The notes under the pieces were generated by a model. The model did no database searches. It saw only the letters and a program-made list of their open reading frames with translations, and was not told where the DNA came from. The translations under genes and the position numbers were made by a program. A stretch of 63,566 nt of DNA, filler included, from Folioceros fuciformis (Eukaryota): assembly GCA_049999805.1 (NCBI GenBank). It is 4 parts of 3 records of this genome, joined end to end, with 100 filler letters (N's around TTAATTAATTAA, not from the genome) between each part and the next. Parts side by side here need not be neighbours in the genome. Positions count along the whole stretch, not along the records: positions 24,101 to 44,289 come from JBNGIO010006337.1; positions 44,390 to 61,406 come from JBNGIO010006342.1; 2 more parts are not named here. One strand, written 5' to 3'. This document shows positions 36,808 through 50,600 of this stretch, one piece after another (within the stretch, counting starts at the first letter, position 1; every line of letters begins with the position of its first letter).

Positions 36808-37281
36808 ATGGCAGCCCTCGTTCGTCTCCTCCTCCTCCTGGTGCTAGCACCAGCGGCGTGGCTGCTTGCGGGGCCGGCCATGCTGCCTGCTGCGGCGGGG
36901 AGGCCCGGGCCCAAGCTGCTGGTGGAGGTGGCAGCTGGCGATGGGGCGAGAGATGCCCCTGTGGTTGTGGGAGAGCGGGATCCTGTGCCGGTGAAGCAGA
37001 CCGGGGGGTACACGCTGTCCAGGGCCCCGCGCCTTCCCCCGTCCGGACCCTCGCCTATCCACAACGATGTTGGGCCGGCCGGGTTTGTGGTGCGCCGGAT
37101 CACAGCTCAGATCACTGCCGACGGCGCCGGTTTGGAGGTCAGCAGGGTACCGGTGGAGGGGAATGGAGCCAGGACCGAGACGGCGGCGGCCGATCACAAG
37201 GATCACGGCCTACCTTCGTCCCAAAGCCAGATACCAAGCAACCTGGATCGCCAGCAACAGGACGCTCGCAATAGCATATAG
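36808..37281 (+). CDS. IDA/IDL-like (CLE-resembling) signalling-peptide precursor, 157 aa
   Basis: Signal MAALVRLLLLLVLAPAAWLLAG...AAAGRP; motif GYTLSRAPRLPPSGPSPIHNDVG aligns without gaps to the IDA extended PIP motif (FGYLPKGVPIPPSAPSKRHN). Dodecapeptide at 37030-37065. Confidence 0.78.
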   Translation: MAALVRLLLLLVLAPAAWLLAGPAMLPAAAGRPGPKLLVEVAAGDGARDAPVVVGERDPVPVKQTGGYTLSRAPRLPPSGPSPIHNDVGPAGFVVRRITAQITADGAGLEVSRVPVEGNGARTETAAADHKDHGLPSSQSQIPSNLDRQQQDARNSI

Positions 37282-39486
37282 GCTCCAGGATTGTAGACGT
37301 AGACGTGGTGTCACACATGGCTAGCGCAGGTGGATGCAACTGCAAACTGCCTTTGCATCTGCAGCTGGCCCTGCTTTCACATTATTTCCTCCCTCAGTCA
37401 AACATTGCTCACGCCGGGGCTAGCTCAGCACTGGCACTGAGCTTTGGATGGTGGAAGCAGGCGCAGGGGCAGGTGCACAGACACATGCAGCTGCAAGACT
37501 TCATGCAATTCCTTCCCGGAATTCGGTTGCCAAGGTGGTCGGGAGATTGCAATTGGATTTACCAACCTGCGCAATCTCCCGAATTGTCTGTACAGTTGGA
37601 CACACAGGCTAGGCTACAATTATTATAGCGGTTGGAGCAAATTGGCTGCGCACAACGACGCCTTAGATTGTCAGGAGAGCCCAAGCCATACTAGCAGCTG
37701 CAGGCCATTTCCTCTCAATTTACCTTGTACAGTACACAAGGCTCAGGCAACCCCTGGCATGCGCATCCGCCCTGAATCATTGGTAGAGCTATTGGAAACC
37801 CAGAAAAGCCAAAAAAGACAAGTTAGTCTTCACGATTTTGCCGTATGTCGTATGTATTGATTGAGGCTAAAGGACTCCAGTTCCAGCTAGCAGTTTTAAG
37901 ACTATAGAGAGACCTTTGATTGACTTTGTTATGTGATCATGACTTGTCTCAACGTCATGACAAGCCAGTGACTTGTTGGCTGGCAGGCTAGCTAGGTGAC
38001 TAGCCGGCCAGCCACATTCTCAGTATATCAGTGCAATAAAAAGTGTGGTTGGAGGCCCCGCCATGTGTGTGTCCCTTCCCTGCCCCCTCAACCTTACATG
38101 TCACACCACCGATATCGGTTGTGGAAGATCAGACCTATGGAAAGCACGAAATTGTCGAAGGCATGAGACTGCGCACCAGGAACATCTGTAGACTACTACC
38201 TCCAGGCTTCTTACTGTAGTTGGAAATTCATTCCAGGTATATATCTTCCTTCATTTCATTCCCCTCATCACAAAACACACTCTCATTGGCAGTGGCAATG
38301 ATACGTGCAGTGCAATGCAAGCGATGGCGGAGTATTTTATTGGGTGACATGCAGTGCAGGACAATTGTTTAGCTATAAATGGTTTAATATATTCGCACGC
38401 GCAAATGGCTCCTTTCACCATGCTGTTTTATTCTCATCAGCAGGTGCCACCTGTTGGTATCAATCCCAACAGTCACAGTGCGTGCGATGTATCTCATCTC
38501 CAACTTGTCACCACTGTCAAATAGTTGCTGATACAGTAACAGTGTGATTGTGTGCCTGTCTGGACAGTAGCATGTGTGTGTTCTGAAAGTTGTAACGCCG
38601 CAACGGGACCTGGACCGGGACCGGCCGGCCCGGAAGCAGGTCCACAGTCACACTCTTCAGCACTGTAGGTATGTATGTTTGTAGCACTGGAAGTGCGGCA
38701 GTCACTGCAGACTGCAGACCTGCACTCTACAGTCGCCAGACGCAGCCGGTGGAGCACAGACAGCGGCGTTGCAGTTGCAGGCCTACATTACTATTGTGGG
38801 CACTTCAGGCCCGCTCTATACTATTGCAGGCCTTGTACAAAACAGTAAAGGCCATGTCAGGCCTGGCCCGGCCACTCCAGGCCGGCCAGCCGCTGCGAGC
38901 CTCGGGAATGCCGACCGGCAGCTCCAATATCGCCTGGCCCTGCTCTCCGCTGACGGATTCATAAATGACGAATTTATTTCTTTCAACACGGACTCGGATC
39001 AGCATTCACTCCTCCCCCATCCCCGCGTTCGATGTGCGATGCTTACGCGGCTCGAGTGCACAAATGATGAGGGAGCATGTACTGCACGTATGCACACATC
39101 TATGTCCAAGCTACGCCGGCTTGCCGCCGGAGCTTGAGCATCGAGATTTGCTTCCGGTCAGAATTCCCGGCAGGAATAATCGCCCGCCATTAACGACAAC
39201 GAACCTCCTGCGGTCACGTGACTGGCTCGTCAAATTCAAAAGTTCTATCCGATACCGATCATCGACCCATCGTCCCAAGATCCGATTCCGACTGCCATCT
39301 CCACCGGCCTGGTAAGCGGGCGGGGATTAGCGAAAGGTGGCAACACGTTTAGCTCGCTGTGGGTGGAGATGGAATCCCGAGCCCCCGGCCCGCAGGCTGC
39401 ACGCTCCACAAAGCAACGCACCGCATGCAGCGCATCAAAAGGCCCAGCCAAAGTATGGGCGCGGCATATGTTGGGAGGTGAACCTC

Positions 39487-39543
39487 CCAGGCCCAGGCAG
39501 CCAGGCAGCCAGGCAACCAGGCAACCAGGCAGCCAGGCAACCC
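39487..39543. repeat. 8-bp tandem repeat (CCAGGCAR)n
   Basis: About seven consecutive CCAGGCAG/CCAGGCAA units. Confidence 0.85.
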
Positions 39544-40329
39544 GGTCGGCAGGCTTGTGAGAGCCGCGGCCCACAACTGCGGCCACCGTTGCAGCGCCGT
39601 GGTCACCGTACCAGTATTTTACGCTGGGCGATAGCGAATTGGCGGTGGGCATTCAGCAGAGGCAGCCGATGCTGCTGCTGATGCCGCTGCTGATGCCGCT
39701 CCTGCTTCTGCTGCGACTCGAAGATCCACGGCGGGCTCTCGAGGTCATCCCTCATCTCAGATGGCAGGAAGTTGAAGAGGTTATTAAACTCGCTGAGTGC
39801 GGAGCAGATTTTAATGCAGCACATGGGGCGCCCACAACAGCCTGCCGTTTCATCCGTCGGTGACAGCAAACAAACAAGGCGTTGGCAGGCCTTACGCGTG
39901 CGAGCCTCGCCACATGCCATGACGAACATCATGCCGGTGCACGTCGCAACCAACCCAGAGTCGCTTTGCAACTTCCTGGGATTTTGTAATGTGCCTCCGC
40001 TGCCATTGGCAACAGGATTCTCACCCCAACACATATTCGGTGGAGGCTGGAGCCCTTCATTCCTCCTTGCCTTCAGGGCCACGTCCGCCGCAGGCTATGG
40101 ATAAGGAGTCCAAGGCCAATTGTACTTGCCTTGCCTTGGCTTCACCCCGTCAACCCATCTGGGGGCATGCCAATTGCCGCGCCCCGCGCATCGATCTTCC
40201 TCTCCAGTCAGTCTCTCAAATTCACTACCTCGGCGTCCTCGGGGTGCAGACTACCTGTAGACCAGTCCATATGCTACCCATAACCAACATATGTATGGTT
40301 CTAGCATGGCATCCCAAACGAATGTTGTG

Positions 40330-42980
40330 ATTTCTCGAGTGAATAAAACTCTTTCAGTAGGTGATCAAAATAATTTCAATATCTTCTTTTTTATTGAATC
40401 GAGCAAACAGTAACTTTCTTCCGAACTCTTTATCGTCCAGCGTTTCATGGATCAAAATGTTCACTCCGCCTACAAACTTACCTCCTCTTATCATGCTATA
40501 TTTGCATCCCACTTAGATATAACCAACTTATTATGGCATTTCAAATCATAATAGAAACATATCAATTTTCAATGTGACTAGCTTATTTTGGTATTCATCT
40601 TTTTCTCCTTTCTCATTATTTAAATATATATTATTTAGTTATAAAATTAAAATATTTAAGTCATAAATTTTTACATTTAAAGACTTAATATATTTTTATT
40701 TAATAAAATTATAATCACTAATCAAGTTATAATTTTTGTCAAAAATAATTGTACAATTTGATCTTTAATTTTCTTTCTTAATGCTACTATCCTATCTACT
40801 AATAGGATGGAGTAAGAATATACTTAATGCTCTTGATCCGTAAACAATGCTAGAATGATATGGGTACAGTGTGTAATTGAAGCAATGCCTAAGTCAAATA
40901 TCATGCTAAACACACTAAAGGTTTGATTATGAGTTCCAAGTTTAAATCGTGATAAAAAAAATAAGGACTAGTAAAATTGACAGCATATTCATATTACAAA
41001 GCTGCCTAAAAAGATTAAAAATAGTAAAAAGAATCTTCAAGAATAATAGTAAAAACATATTTATACATAGAAAAATAAATAAAATAAAGCTGCAAAAGGT
41101 TTTAGGCAATGACATACATAAGTATACACTATCGCCTAAAAATTAGAAATTTTTTAAAAACATATTTTTTTAAAACTATATGTTTTGACCTTAGTGCGCA
41201 CCAATAAGTTGTTCTAAAGCCTCTTAAACATTGGATGAGAAAAACATGGTTAAGTAAGCTTTAGAACTAGAATTATTAACTAGCCACTCAGATGTTTGTG
41301 AAGGTATTTAAGGTCATTAAGGTCATTTATATTACTCATACACTTAGAAAGAATCTTGTTGTTAGAAATCAAAAGAAGAACATTTATGTAATTGACGTCC
41401 TATGTCCATCAAATAATCTTGGAGTACAATTCATCATACCAAGCAAGTCTTCTCACATCTATAGGTGCCCTATCAAGGTAATCACATTCTTATTGTACTT
41501 CTCACAGCATACACAATTGATATAGGCCACATTATATTAGGTGATGTATGAGGTCTAACTCTTTAAAGCACTAAGCTTCACGGTTCAGATAAGCCTCCAA
41601 ATAGGCTTATTACTTAAACATGTGCTTATAAGCCTATCAAATAGGCTTATTGGCTAATTACTAAGAATACAAAACAAAGAGCAGAACTAAGTATAATCCT
41701 AATCATGTGAACGAGATGGAAGGTGAAGTGACTAGAAGTCTTCATGGGAAGGCGTGGGAGGAAGGTGAAGTGACTAGAAGTCTTCATGGGAAGGCGTGGG
41801 AGCATGTTGTAGATGCATTTTAAGAAACGTTGCTATGACAACTCAATGAAATGAGGTTCAAATACAAGGAGCAATTTATGATAGAGATGGCCTTCAAAAA
41901 GATTAGTACGAACCTTGCAAGTAAGGCATTGATGTATTATTGGGAGATCATGGATGAAATCTTGGAAGAAGTAGAGAATTTTACTCAAAAGTTGGAATAA
42001 GGCAAATGACAAGAAAGTCAACATGAGAAATGTTAGCACATGAGAAGAGAAGATGTTTGTCAATGACTTATTTAATATAGTACTACACAAGAAATGATCC
42101 ACACGGAAACCGTGCAAGAATCTAGGGGAGGGGGTAAAATTTGTGATGTATTTGATAAATTCAAATGCTTAGGCAATTGGTGGTGCACACCAAGGTGAAG
42201 ATGATGAGGGAAGTTGCAGACCATGACAAATTCGGAACAAGGTCCAAGTTGTGATCCAAATTCAAAGTGGAGTCCAAGTCCATGTTCCAAACTCATTGCG
42301 GCACCATCATCGGGCATAAACAAGTTACCAATATTAATGGGACTTTGTCATAACTAAGAAAGTCTGCTAGAGTGCTGCATCTGTGTGAACTTGTTGTGCA
42401 GATTGATAGCGTATGAGTTGACAACTCATGGCAAATAAGAGGGTAGTGAAGATAAATCCATTGCGTTTTGACTAAAGAGGCAGCTAATAGATGAAAAGTT
42501 CTCAGAAAAGGACGGTTAGAGAGCACAGTTATTTTGGTAGTTAACTTTGTAAACAATTTATACCAGTTAAGAATGCTCACCCAGGTAGTTGGCAACGAAA
42601 TGTTGCTAGTATATAGGGGTCTGGAAAGAATGAATGAGCATTCTTTTGATAGTTCACTTAGAAAGCTGAGAGATAATAGACAATTGGTGGATCTTGGCAT
42701 CACTTTTTGATCATTGGGCTTGTAGCGAATTGAACAATTGAATCAAAACCTCTGTGTTACGAATTTGCATACACACTTATCATTGCATGTGGGAAGGGTA
42801 CAATGATGTGATATGAAGGATAGTCGGATTGACAACACGAAACTTGTCACTATCAAAATGATGCTCTTCTTGGAACATGGCACCTTTAGGTTGAGTCTTA
42901 GCAAATAAATATACAGATCCAAGATGCAAGTACAGGTTAGAGTGATAAGTTGTGTTTGGGTCAAAGAGCGACAGGTGCTA
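40330..42980. other. AT-rich, gene-free stretch, probably old transposon debris
   Basis: Sharp GC drop, stop-riddled frames, exact 42-bp tandem duplication at 41719-41802; no family assignable. Confidence 0.45.
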
Positions 42981-43090
42981 CAATGTTCAGTCCCCCGGGC
43001 TTGGAGGGGGCCTCAGCCCTGCTAAAATAGTGGAGTCAGGCGCAATATCGGCTGGAAAGTCCACTGCCTGGAATACGGTGGCTACCTATG

Positions 43091-43228
43091 CCTTGACCAC
43101 AGACAAACAAAGGAGCATGAAGGTGGTGGAGGTAGCCACCTTGACCACAGACAAATAGAGGAGCATGGAGGTGGTGGAGGTAGCCACCTTGACCACAGAC
43201 AAACAGAGGAGCATGGAGGTGGCGGTGG
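43091..43228. repeat. 48-bp tandem repeat x~3
   Basis: CCTTGACCACAGACAAA.A.AGGAGCATG.AGGTGG at 43091, 43139, 43187. Confidence 0.9.
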
Positions 43229-43329
43229 GGAAGAGGACTCGTGTTTCGGAAGATTTGGCAGCAGGACTTAAACGCCAGGATCAGATTGCCTTGGCTAAAA
43301 CAAAGAAGTGTAGGGTTATTAAAGCCCAA

Positions 43330-44289
43330 TGTGCCTAGACTAATGTGTTTAGTCTAAGATTAGTATCTAGTTAAGTACCATTAGTCTAGATTAGCTTAAG
43401 CTAATCTGTAGAAAGCTTCTTGCGTAGCTTCCTGTGCGCTTCTTGTGAAGCTTCCTAGGGAGCTCTTCTAGAGGGTATAAATACCCCCTTGAGCTCCCTT
43501 TCTAGGGTGACTCTATTGTGAGAGTGTGACCTCTCTTTCTTCTCCTCCTTGCCTCCTCCTCTCCTCTCCTTCACCATGTAGCTCCTAGAGCGTTCCTTTA
43601 GGAAGGTGTTGAATAAAGTCGTTCAACGCATGGCCTTGGATATCACCTCCCCGGAAGGGAAAAAGATTAAGGTGCTGGAAGTGTCCAAGAGTGGAAATAG
43701 GTTTCGTGGGAAGGCCTCTACTGGCGTGGGGAACGATCCTATGGCATTGCGCGGTCAACACAGATATGGAGTGGAAACGGGGTCTGGAATGGAGGGAACA
43801 GGTTCGACGTGTCTCGGAAAAGCCTTGGTGAATTGTGCCAGCCCCACAAAACGGGCTAGCCCCACCATGAGAGATAACGCGGTGTACGTTTCCAAGGAGG
43901 ACTTATTCTCCTCTCCCTGTGCTGAGGACGATGAGGATACCGATACTGTCTGGCATGAAGTGCAAGCCGTCTTCTCCGGGGAGGAAGGCAGTACCTCCCC
44001 GTTAAATTCCTTGGAAAAGGCCCCGATGCAGGTTAAGGAGGCACAGGATGAGCATCCTCCTCCAGGATAGGAGGTATCCTTTTTGTTGAGTGGCCATGAG
44101 ATCAGGAAGGTGAAAGGTACAACAAGGAGGAAAGGCAAACAATTTGAGATTAACCTAATGGTTACAAGAAAGGTTCAGGACCTTTCTTCTTTTCTGGTTA
44201 TGACAAGAGGCGGGGGGGAGCGGTTACCCCTTATCATTATACTGCACCAGTTGCATACAGGGCAGGAAAGGATATTTGAATTCTTGTCA
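43330..44289 (+). mobile_element. Possible retroelement 5' region (promoter-like segment and low-complexity ORF)
   Basis: 11-bp inverted repeat 43335-43389, GGGTATAAATACCC (~43473), pyrimidine tract, then ORF 43606-44070. No diagnostic domain. Confidence 0.3.
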
Positions 44290-44389
44290 NNNNNNNNNNN
44301 NNNNNNNNNNNNNNNNNNNNNNNNNNNNNNNNNTTAATTAATTAANNNNNNNNNNNNNNNNNNNNNNNNNNNNNNNNNNNNNNNNNNNN
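44290..44389. other. Artificial contig-join spacer
   Basis: 44 N + TTAATTAATTAA (44334-44345) + 44 N. Confidence 0.97.
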
Positions 44390-44483
44390 GCCCAGCTAGG
44401 AGGCGGTGGGAGAGTTAGCAAGATCTAGGATAAGCAGCAAATGAACCTGCCAGATACATAAAGGCATCACACACAGCCCAGAG

Positions 44484-44570
44484 ATGGTCGCCTACAAAGG
44501 GGCTTTTATGCCGTCGCTGCCGCCTGTGCAGCAGCAGCAGCAGCAGCAGCAGCAGTATTTCTACTACCAG

Positions 44571-44605
<35 letters not shown>

Positions 44606-47600
44606 CCAGCAGCAGCAGCACCAGCAGTGCTCGGGGGCGGCTGATCGAGCCGGGGACTCGGCTCTGCGGGCCGGCCCGTCCAGCAATGGCCAGGCCGTGG
44701 CGCAAGAGGATGTGGCCGTCGACCTCTCCGAAGTCTACTTCTTGGTTATGCATTTTCTGTCCAATGGCCCCTGCCAGAAGGCCTTCGCCGTGCTGTGGAA
44801 CGAGTTGCTGCAACACAAGCTCCTGCCTCGCCGATACCATGCGCTTTATTCTAAGCTCGGGGGATCCGTCACCCAGGATGAAAACGACGACGGCATGTCA
44901 TATCCGCTTAATTACTCGGCCCTGGCGCAGAGGTTTGTACGGCTCTTTGCCCGCGTCGGATTGGGCGACTTAGATCCGCTCCGGGGCCGGCCCTGACACT
45001 GTGCATCCGTGCTTGCTGTTTTTTTACATCATCAGTTTAGTAGTCCGCCATGCGTCCAGTCCGTTCTGCTGTCCTCCGTCTAAACCTACGCTGTTGTGGA
45101 ACCTTTGCAGAAACCCCCACATCGACAAAGATCACCTTGTTAAGCTGCTGCAGCAACTGCTGGTCAATAATGCCAGAACAGCCGTGGGTTTGGAGCAGTC
45201 TCCATCGAGGATTCCCCTTGCTGCTAATGTTCCCACCTTGATCGGCTCCGGTTCGTTCTCGCTTCTTGATTGTAAGTCACGCTTCCCACCTCTGGATATG
45301 GATTGGATGCCGTAAAACGAGTCTTCAGTTTTGGGGCTTTAGGGCTTGATGCTACAGCTTGTGTACGCCTTTCATTCTCTCTCTCGCTTGATGGGAGGAT
45401 AGCTATTGTTTGTGTGTCCTGTACTTTTCTGTCTCGTTGACAAATTTTTTTTTTTTTTTTTTTCCCTTCGGGTTTTGGGGGGTGGTGTTGTTTCCCCGTA
45501 TCCATTCGTCCTGCACAGCGGAACGGAGCAAGCTCCCTGTTCGGGCACCCAGATGGATGACTCAGTCCCAATGGCCCCGCACAAACTGCAATCAAGTGCA
45601 TGGCTTGATGCTCAGGGAGATCAGCGGTGGATTTTCTGGGAGCCGCCGGTCCCCGTCATCCACGAACTACACGTTGCTGGACCCTCCCATGTTGATAAAC
45701 AGAATTACAGCACAGAAGACTCTTAGAGGGCATCGTAATGCGGTTTACTGTGGTACGTTTCTTCTTCATTTCTGATTAATGACGTGTGTCGTCACCTCTG
45801 GTACATAGCGGCTTTGATAGGGACTGCACGTTGCTTAACACTGCTTTGTCTGATAACTCTACGTTTGGTTGTCTGCCGTTTCAGCCATCTTCGATAGGAA
45901 AGGACAACTAGTGATAACTGGATCGGACGATCGTCTTGTGAAAATATGGTCGGCAGTTTCTGGCCTTTGCCTGCGAGGTTGCCGGGGCCATGAGGTACCC
46001 CTCGCGGGACATGCGTCCTTTTGCTCGCTGCGAAGTTAAGTATTGGCATTGTATTTGGCTGCTGGTAGGGCATTGCTCATACCTGTTTTTCACTGTTGAC
46101 AGGGTGACATCACTGACCTTGCTGTGAGTTGCTGCAACACGAAAGTGGCATCAGGCTCAAATGACTGCACAATACGAGTGGTAGGGCATCTTTGTTTTCA
46201 CGCTAGGTAGTTTCACCCCCAGAAGAAGATGCCTGACTGTGTGGAAGCAGCTGAATGTTTTCGGCAGCCACAAAGCTCATGTGCCCGCTTGACTCATGGT
46301 TTGCCGTGGCTTTTTACTCAACAGTGGCGTCTCCCGGATGGATACCCCGTTTGTGTGCTTCGCGGTCATCAGAAGCCTGTGACACAGATTCAATTCAGCC
46401 CACAGCAAAAGAACCATCTGCTCTCGTCAGTGTTCTCCGATACTCTTCAGTCCCTCAGTCTTCATGCCCAATTCATGATTGTGTTGGAGGAAAGATGTGC
46501 CAGGATCCAACTTTGCATGAAACTTGCTCGCCAGGTCATCTGAGGAGGGAACCTGTCGTATTTGGAATGTGGCTACAACGGTTTCGCGCCAGTATGTCCC
46601 TCGTCCTGACAAAGATGCCGGTATGTCCAGCCCAAAGGGTCAATGCTAATTGCCCGGCCATTTGTTATTTCTGCTTATCATTGTGCAACGCGTGACAAGC
46701 AACCGCTTTTCAGGTGTGAAGATGATTAGCACACCCCCTGCCGGTGCTCCGGTCTCAAACCAAATTGTGTGCTGTGCCTTCAACGGAGATGGAACACTTT
46801 TTGTCACTGGAGGCTCTGATAAGTGTGCAAGGGTGAGTATATCACAGCTCCAGTACGCGATTGTTGTGGTTCGGTGGTGTTTCTGCAGTCCCTTGACCTA
46901 TTAGGGTTGGATTGAGACTGATATCCTCGAGGGTTTTTTGCAGGTATGGGAAGCACCAACGGTGGCCTTTTTCCAGGCAGACAACAGCGTGTTCCATGAG
47001 CTGGACAGGCTTGACGGTCATGCGAACGAAGTGAACTATGTGCAGTTCAGGTGAGGGATCTGGGTATGGCAGCTCATGCCTTTTTGAATGATGTTGCGAC
47101 TTTTGTAGTGGCATCAATTCAGCAGGCTTTCCTGAGGCTGCGATTGACTCTGTTTATCTGTTGCAATTATGAAGCGGGTGTGCTGCTGTTGGAAAGACGC
47201 TCACAGCCATCAATTTGAAGGACGTCAAAGGAGTACAGGATTGCTGGTTTGCTGCCATATCTCTTGACCGTCCATTCAGAATTCCGCTTGTAAACCTTTT
47301 TGTGGCAAGGAGGCTAACATGATTGCATTTGGCCTTTGTAAAGGTTTACTGATGCCATAGTTACATGCTCACGAGATGGTAGTGCAATAATCTGGACTCC
47401 TCGTCGTCGTAGGCAAGTGGTGAGTGTGTATGTGTTGCATTTTTGTCGTGAGGGAGACATTTGTCATACAAGTTCAGAGGATTGTTCTGCATTTATATAA
47501 TGATATATGTTATCATCCCTGCAGATGAAAGATAAGAAAAAGCCCAGGGAAAGAAAGGATGTGAAGCTTTGGAAGAAGACTTATCATTTGAGAGTTCCAA

Positions 47601-50600
47601 ATCCTCCACTGCCTCCTCAACCCTCTAGGGGTGGAGGTGCTCGCCAGAGGGTGTCAACCTCTCGTGGAGTGAACATGATTGTATGGAGCCTTGATAACCG
47701 CTTTGTGCTTGCACTTATGGGTAACAGACTGTCCCTCTGCTGTTTGAGCTTCTGGGCAGAACTGGCCTGTGGTTTGTGGGAGTCTGATCAGTGCTTATTT
47801 GGTTTGCAGACTGCAGGATTTGTGTTTGGAATCCTGTGAATGGCACACTTGTGCACTGCTTGACAGGCCACACAAAAGCGGTGGGTGGGCCTATCACTAA
47901 CAGGGATGGTTGTCTTTAGGTCGATGTTGTGGAATGCATGCAGCGTTGATCAAACTTGTTTGTGAATCTGTACAGACTTTTGTGTTGGATGTTCATCCTT
48001 TTGATCCAAGGATAGCGATGAGCGCTGGATATGATGGCCGCGTAATAATTTGGGATGTAAGTGGCTCTAGTAAACTGTGCTATCTAGACAAAAAGAAACA
48101 TGCACTGAATCAAAGTACATCAGGCTACAGTCATTCAGGACACGAGTTACCAAATTGGTCAACTTTTTTGTATGGACGTAGTGACTCACTGGTCCATAGA
48201 CAAAATGATAGTGTAGTTTGACTCAGCGAACTCTTCCGCCTTTTAGTTTCTCCTAGATTGAATCGTCTTTTTTTCTTTTCTGTTGTAATTTGGGCTGGAT
48301 TGTTCCTCACACGTGCTTTGAATTCGATACTCAGATCTGGAAAGGTTCTTCCATCACACAATTTGAGACTGGAGACTATGAACTGGTTGATGGCAATTTC
48401 TCTCCGTGAGTGTCCCAAGTGGGTTATTTGAAACATGGGACATCGAGTATGGCAACTGAGAGTCTTCAGTTAAGTAACTGGTATCGGATTGTTGCCGCAG
48501 AGATGGGACGTCCCTAGTGGTCTCGGACGAAGTTGGGCAGATGCATCTTTTTGCAATCGGTGATGAGGAAACCACTTGGAAAGATGGAAAATATGATCAG
48601 GTTGGCCTTTTATAATTTGTGCGACCATCTTCAGATTCGTGTTTGGAAGTTCTAACCATATGTTACTCGGTATGGGCTACCACAGTTCTTTCTTGGCGAT
48701 TTTCGACCTCTCATGAGGGATAGCTACGGCAATGTTTTGGACCAGGTGGCTGAATGCCGTACTCTGAACCTTTTGTCTGGTAGTTTTAAATTCTGGAATG
48801 AAGAATGAGAATGAATGTTGCTTGGTTCCAAGTCTCTTTCTTTTTCTTTGGACAGGAGACACAGCTGCCACCGGAGGAGCGAAATATTCAAGATCTTCTT
48901 TGTGATGCAAGTAGGTGTTCGCATTTAGCGCTCCCTTCCCAGTTGATTCTCAGAGAAGTCTTACGAGTATATCTGAGTATATCTCTGCTGCAGGTATGAT
49001 ACCATATCCTGATCCCTATCAGACTCTGTATCAACAGCGACGACTTGGGGCCATAGGCATGGTTTGGGAGCCCCCTGCAGTAATGTTAGCAGTCGGGATG
49101 ACAGATGATGGCGTCATTGCTGGGGAAGGAATTGCAGTACAACCTCCGCGGAGGGCGAGTAGGGTAGCAGATCCTCCGGTTTTCATTGATGATGTTGTAG
49201 ACTGGGAACCAGAAGCAGCTGCGAGCAGTGAGGATGGATCTGACTACAGTGTAAGCGATGAAAGAGAGAGTCAGGACGATGCAGAAAGTCTCAGAAGCTT
49301 GGACAATGAAGAGGATGCAGGAGATACTGAAGATGAGGTTCAGCTCAGGCGCTCAAGGAGAAACAAGAGAAAGGCAGAGGTGCTATTTCAACAATCTTCT
49401 TGGCGCAAGAATATGGAAAGTGTGTTGGATTTACGCGGATGATCAAGTGCTGATTCCCTGCTGCATTGTTGCAGGATACTGTTTGTACTTCTGTCAGACG
49501 GAAGCTGAGGAGGAAAAGTCGTAATAAAGTGGTGGAATTTCCATATGAGAAACATTATGAAAGGCGTTCTGGACAAGGAAGACAGTCAAGATCCACAGTT
49601 GCAGGAACCTCTTCGGCTGGTGCAACTAGACAGGATGCACCTCGATCAAAGAGAAAGGCTGCAAAACGTGCACTTCGTCTCTTCAAGAACATATCAGACG
49701 ATGATGATGATAATAGTAACGATGATGATAACGAGAACGCTGTTGAGAATGATGACGAGGAGAACGAGAACGAGAATGAAGAGGACGATGCCAATGACAA
49801 TGAGCCAGTGTCCGTAGCTGGAGATGGGGTGGATCACTCAACAAGGAATCTCAGGAGTGCACAGAAAGTGGATGAATTGCAGGGAGAGTTTGCCACCCGG
49901 CTTCTACGCAACAAAGGAAAACAGAAGGAGGAGGAATCTGATGCACAGGAGGAGAGTGAGGGGCAGGACCTGGTTCTGAGACAAAACATGTCAGAATTTG
50001 GCGAATTCTGTAGAGTCACGAAACCCAGATCCCACAGAAGGAGGCTGGTGCTAAAACTTAAACCGAAGTCAGCAGGTTCCGGTCAAGAAGCAGTGAAGAT
50101 GGGCCATGATGGTGAAGCCGGGTTGAAGGAGGAAGCTGCTCTTGCAGACACATGGGGGCAACCTTCCACCCAAGCATCATCTACAATGCCAAAGCTCATT
50201 TTCAAGCATCCAAGATCCAGCGGTGACTTCAAGGAAGCACTTCATGATGCTTTGTTGACTGCCGATTTGAACGAAAATGCACCTACCCTTAACAGTACAG
50301 ATGTATGTGATATGGATGAAGCTAATGCTGGTCTGGCGTTAGATGAGAAAAGGAAGTTTGAGTGGAAAAAGGGTCAGGCTGCCAAGCGGGTTCGACTAGG
50401 TTCATCTTCTGGGGAGGCAGATGCTGCTAGCATGGCAGACGAATTGGCAGCATGGAGCGATCAGAGGCAAGCTGGCAATGCCAGTGCATGGAATGGTGTT
50501 GCTGTCAATGCGAATGACGTACAAGATGATGCTCACAACGCAAGCTATATCAGCAGATCACCTTCTAACTCAGATGGCCCCAGAGGACCGGCAGCCACTC

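Noticed and set aside
43091-43228. CRISPR-like appearance of regular repeats
   Set aside because: Head-to-tail units without unique spacers, no cas genes, eukaryotic context.
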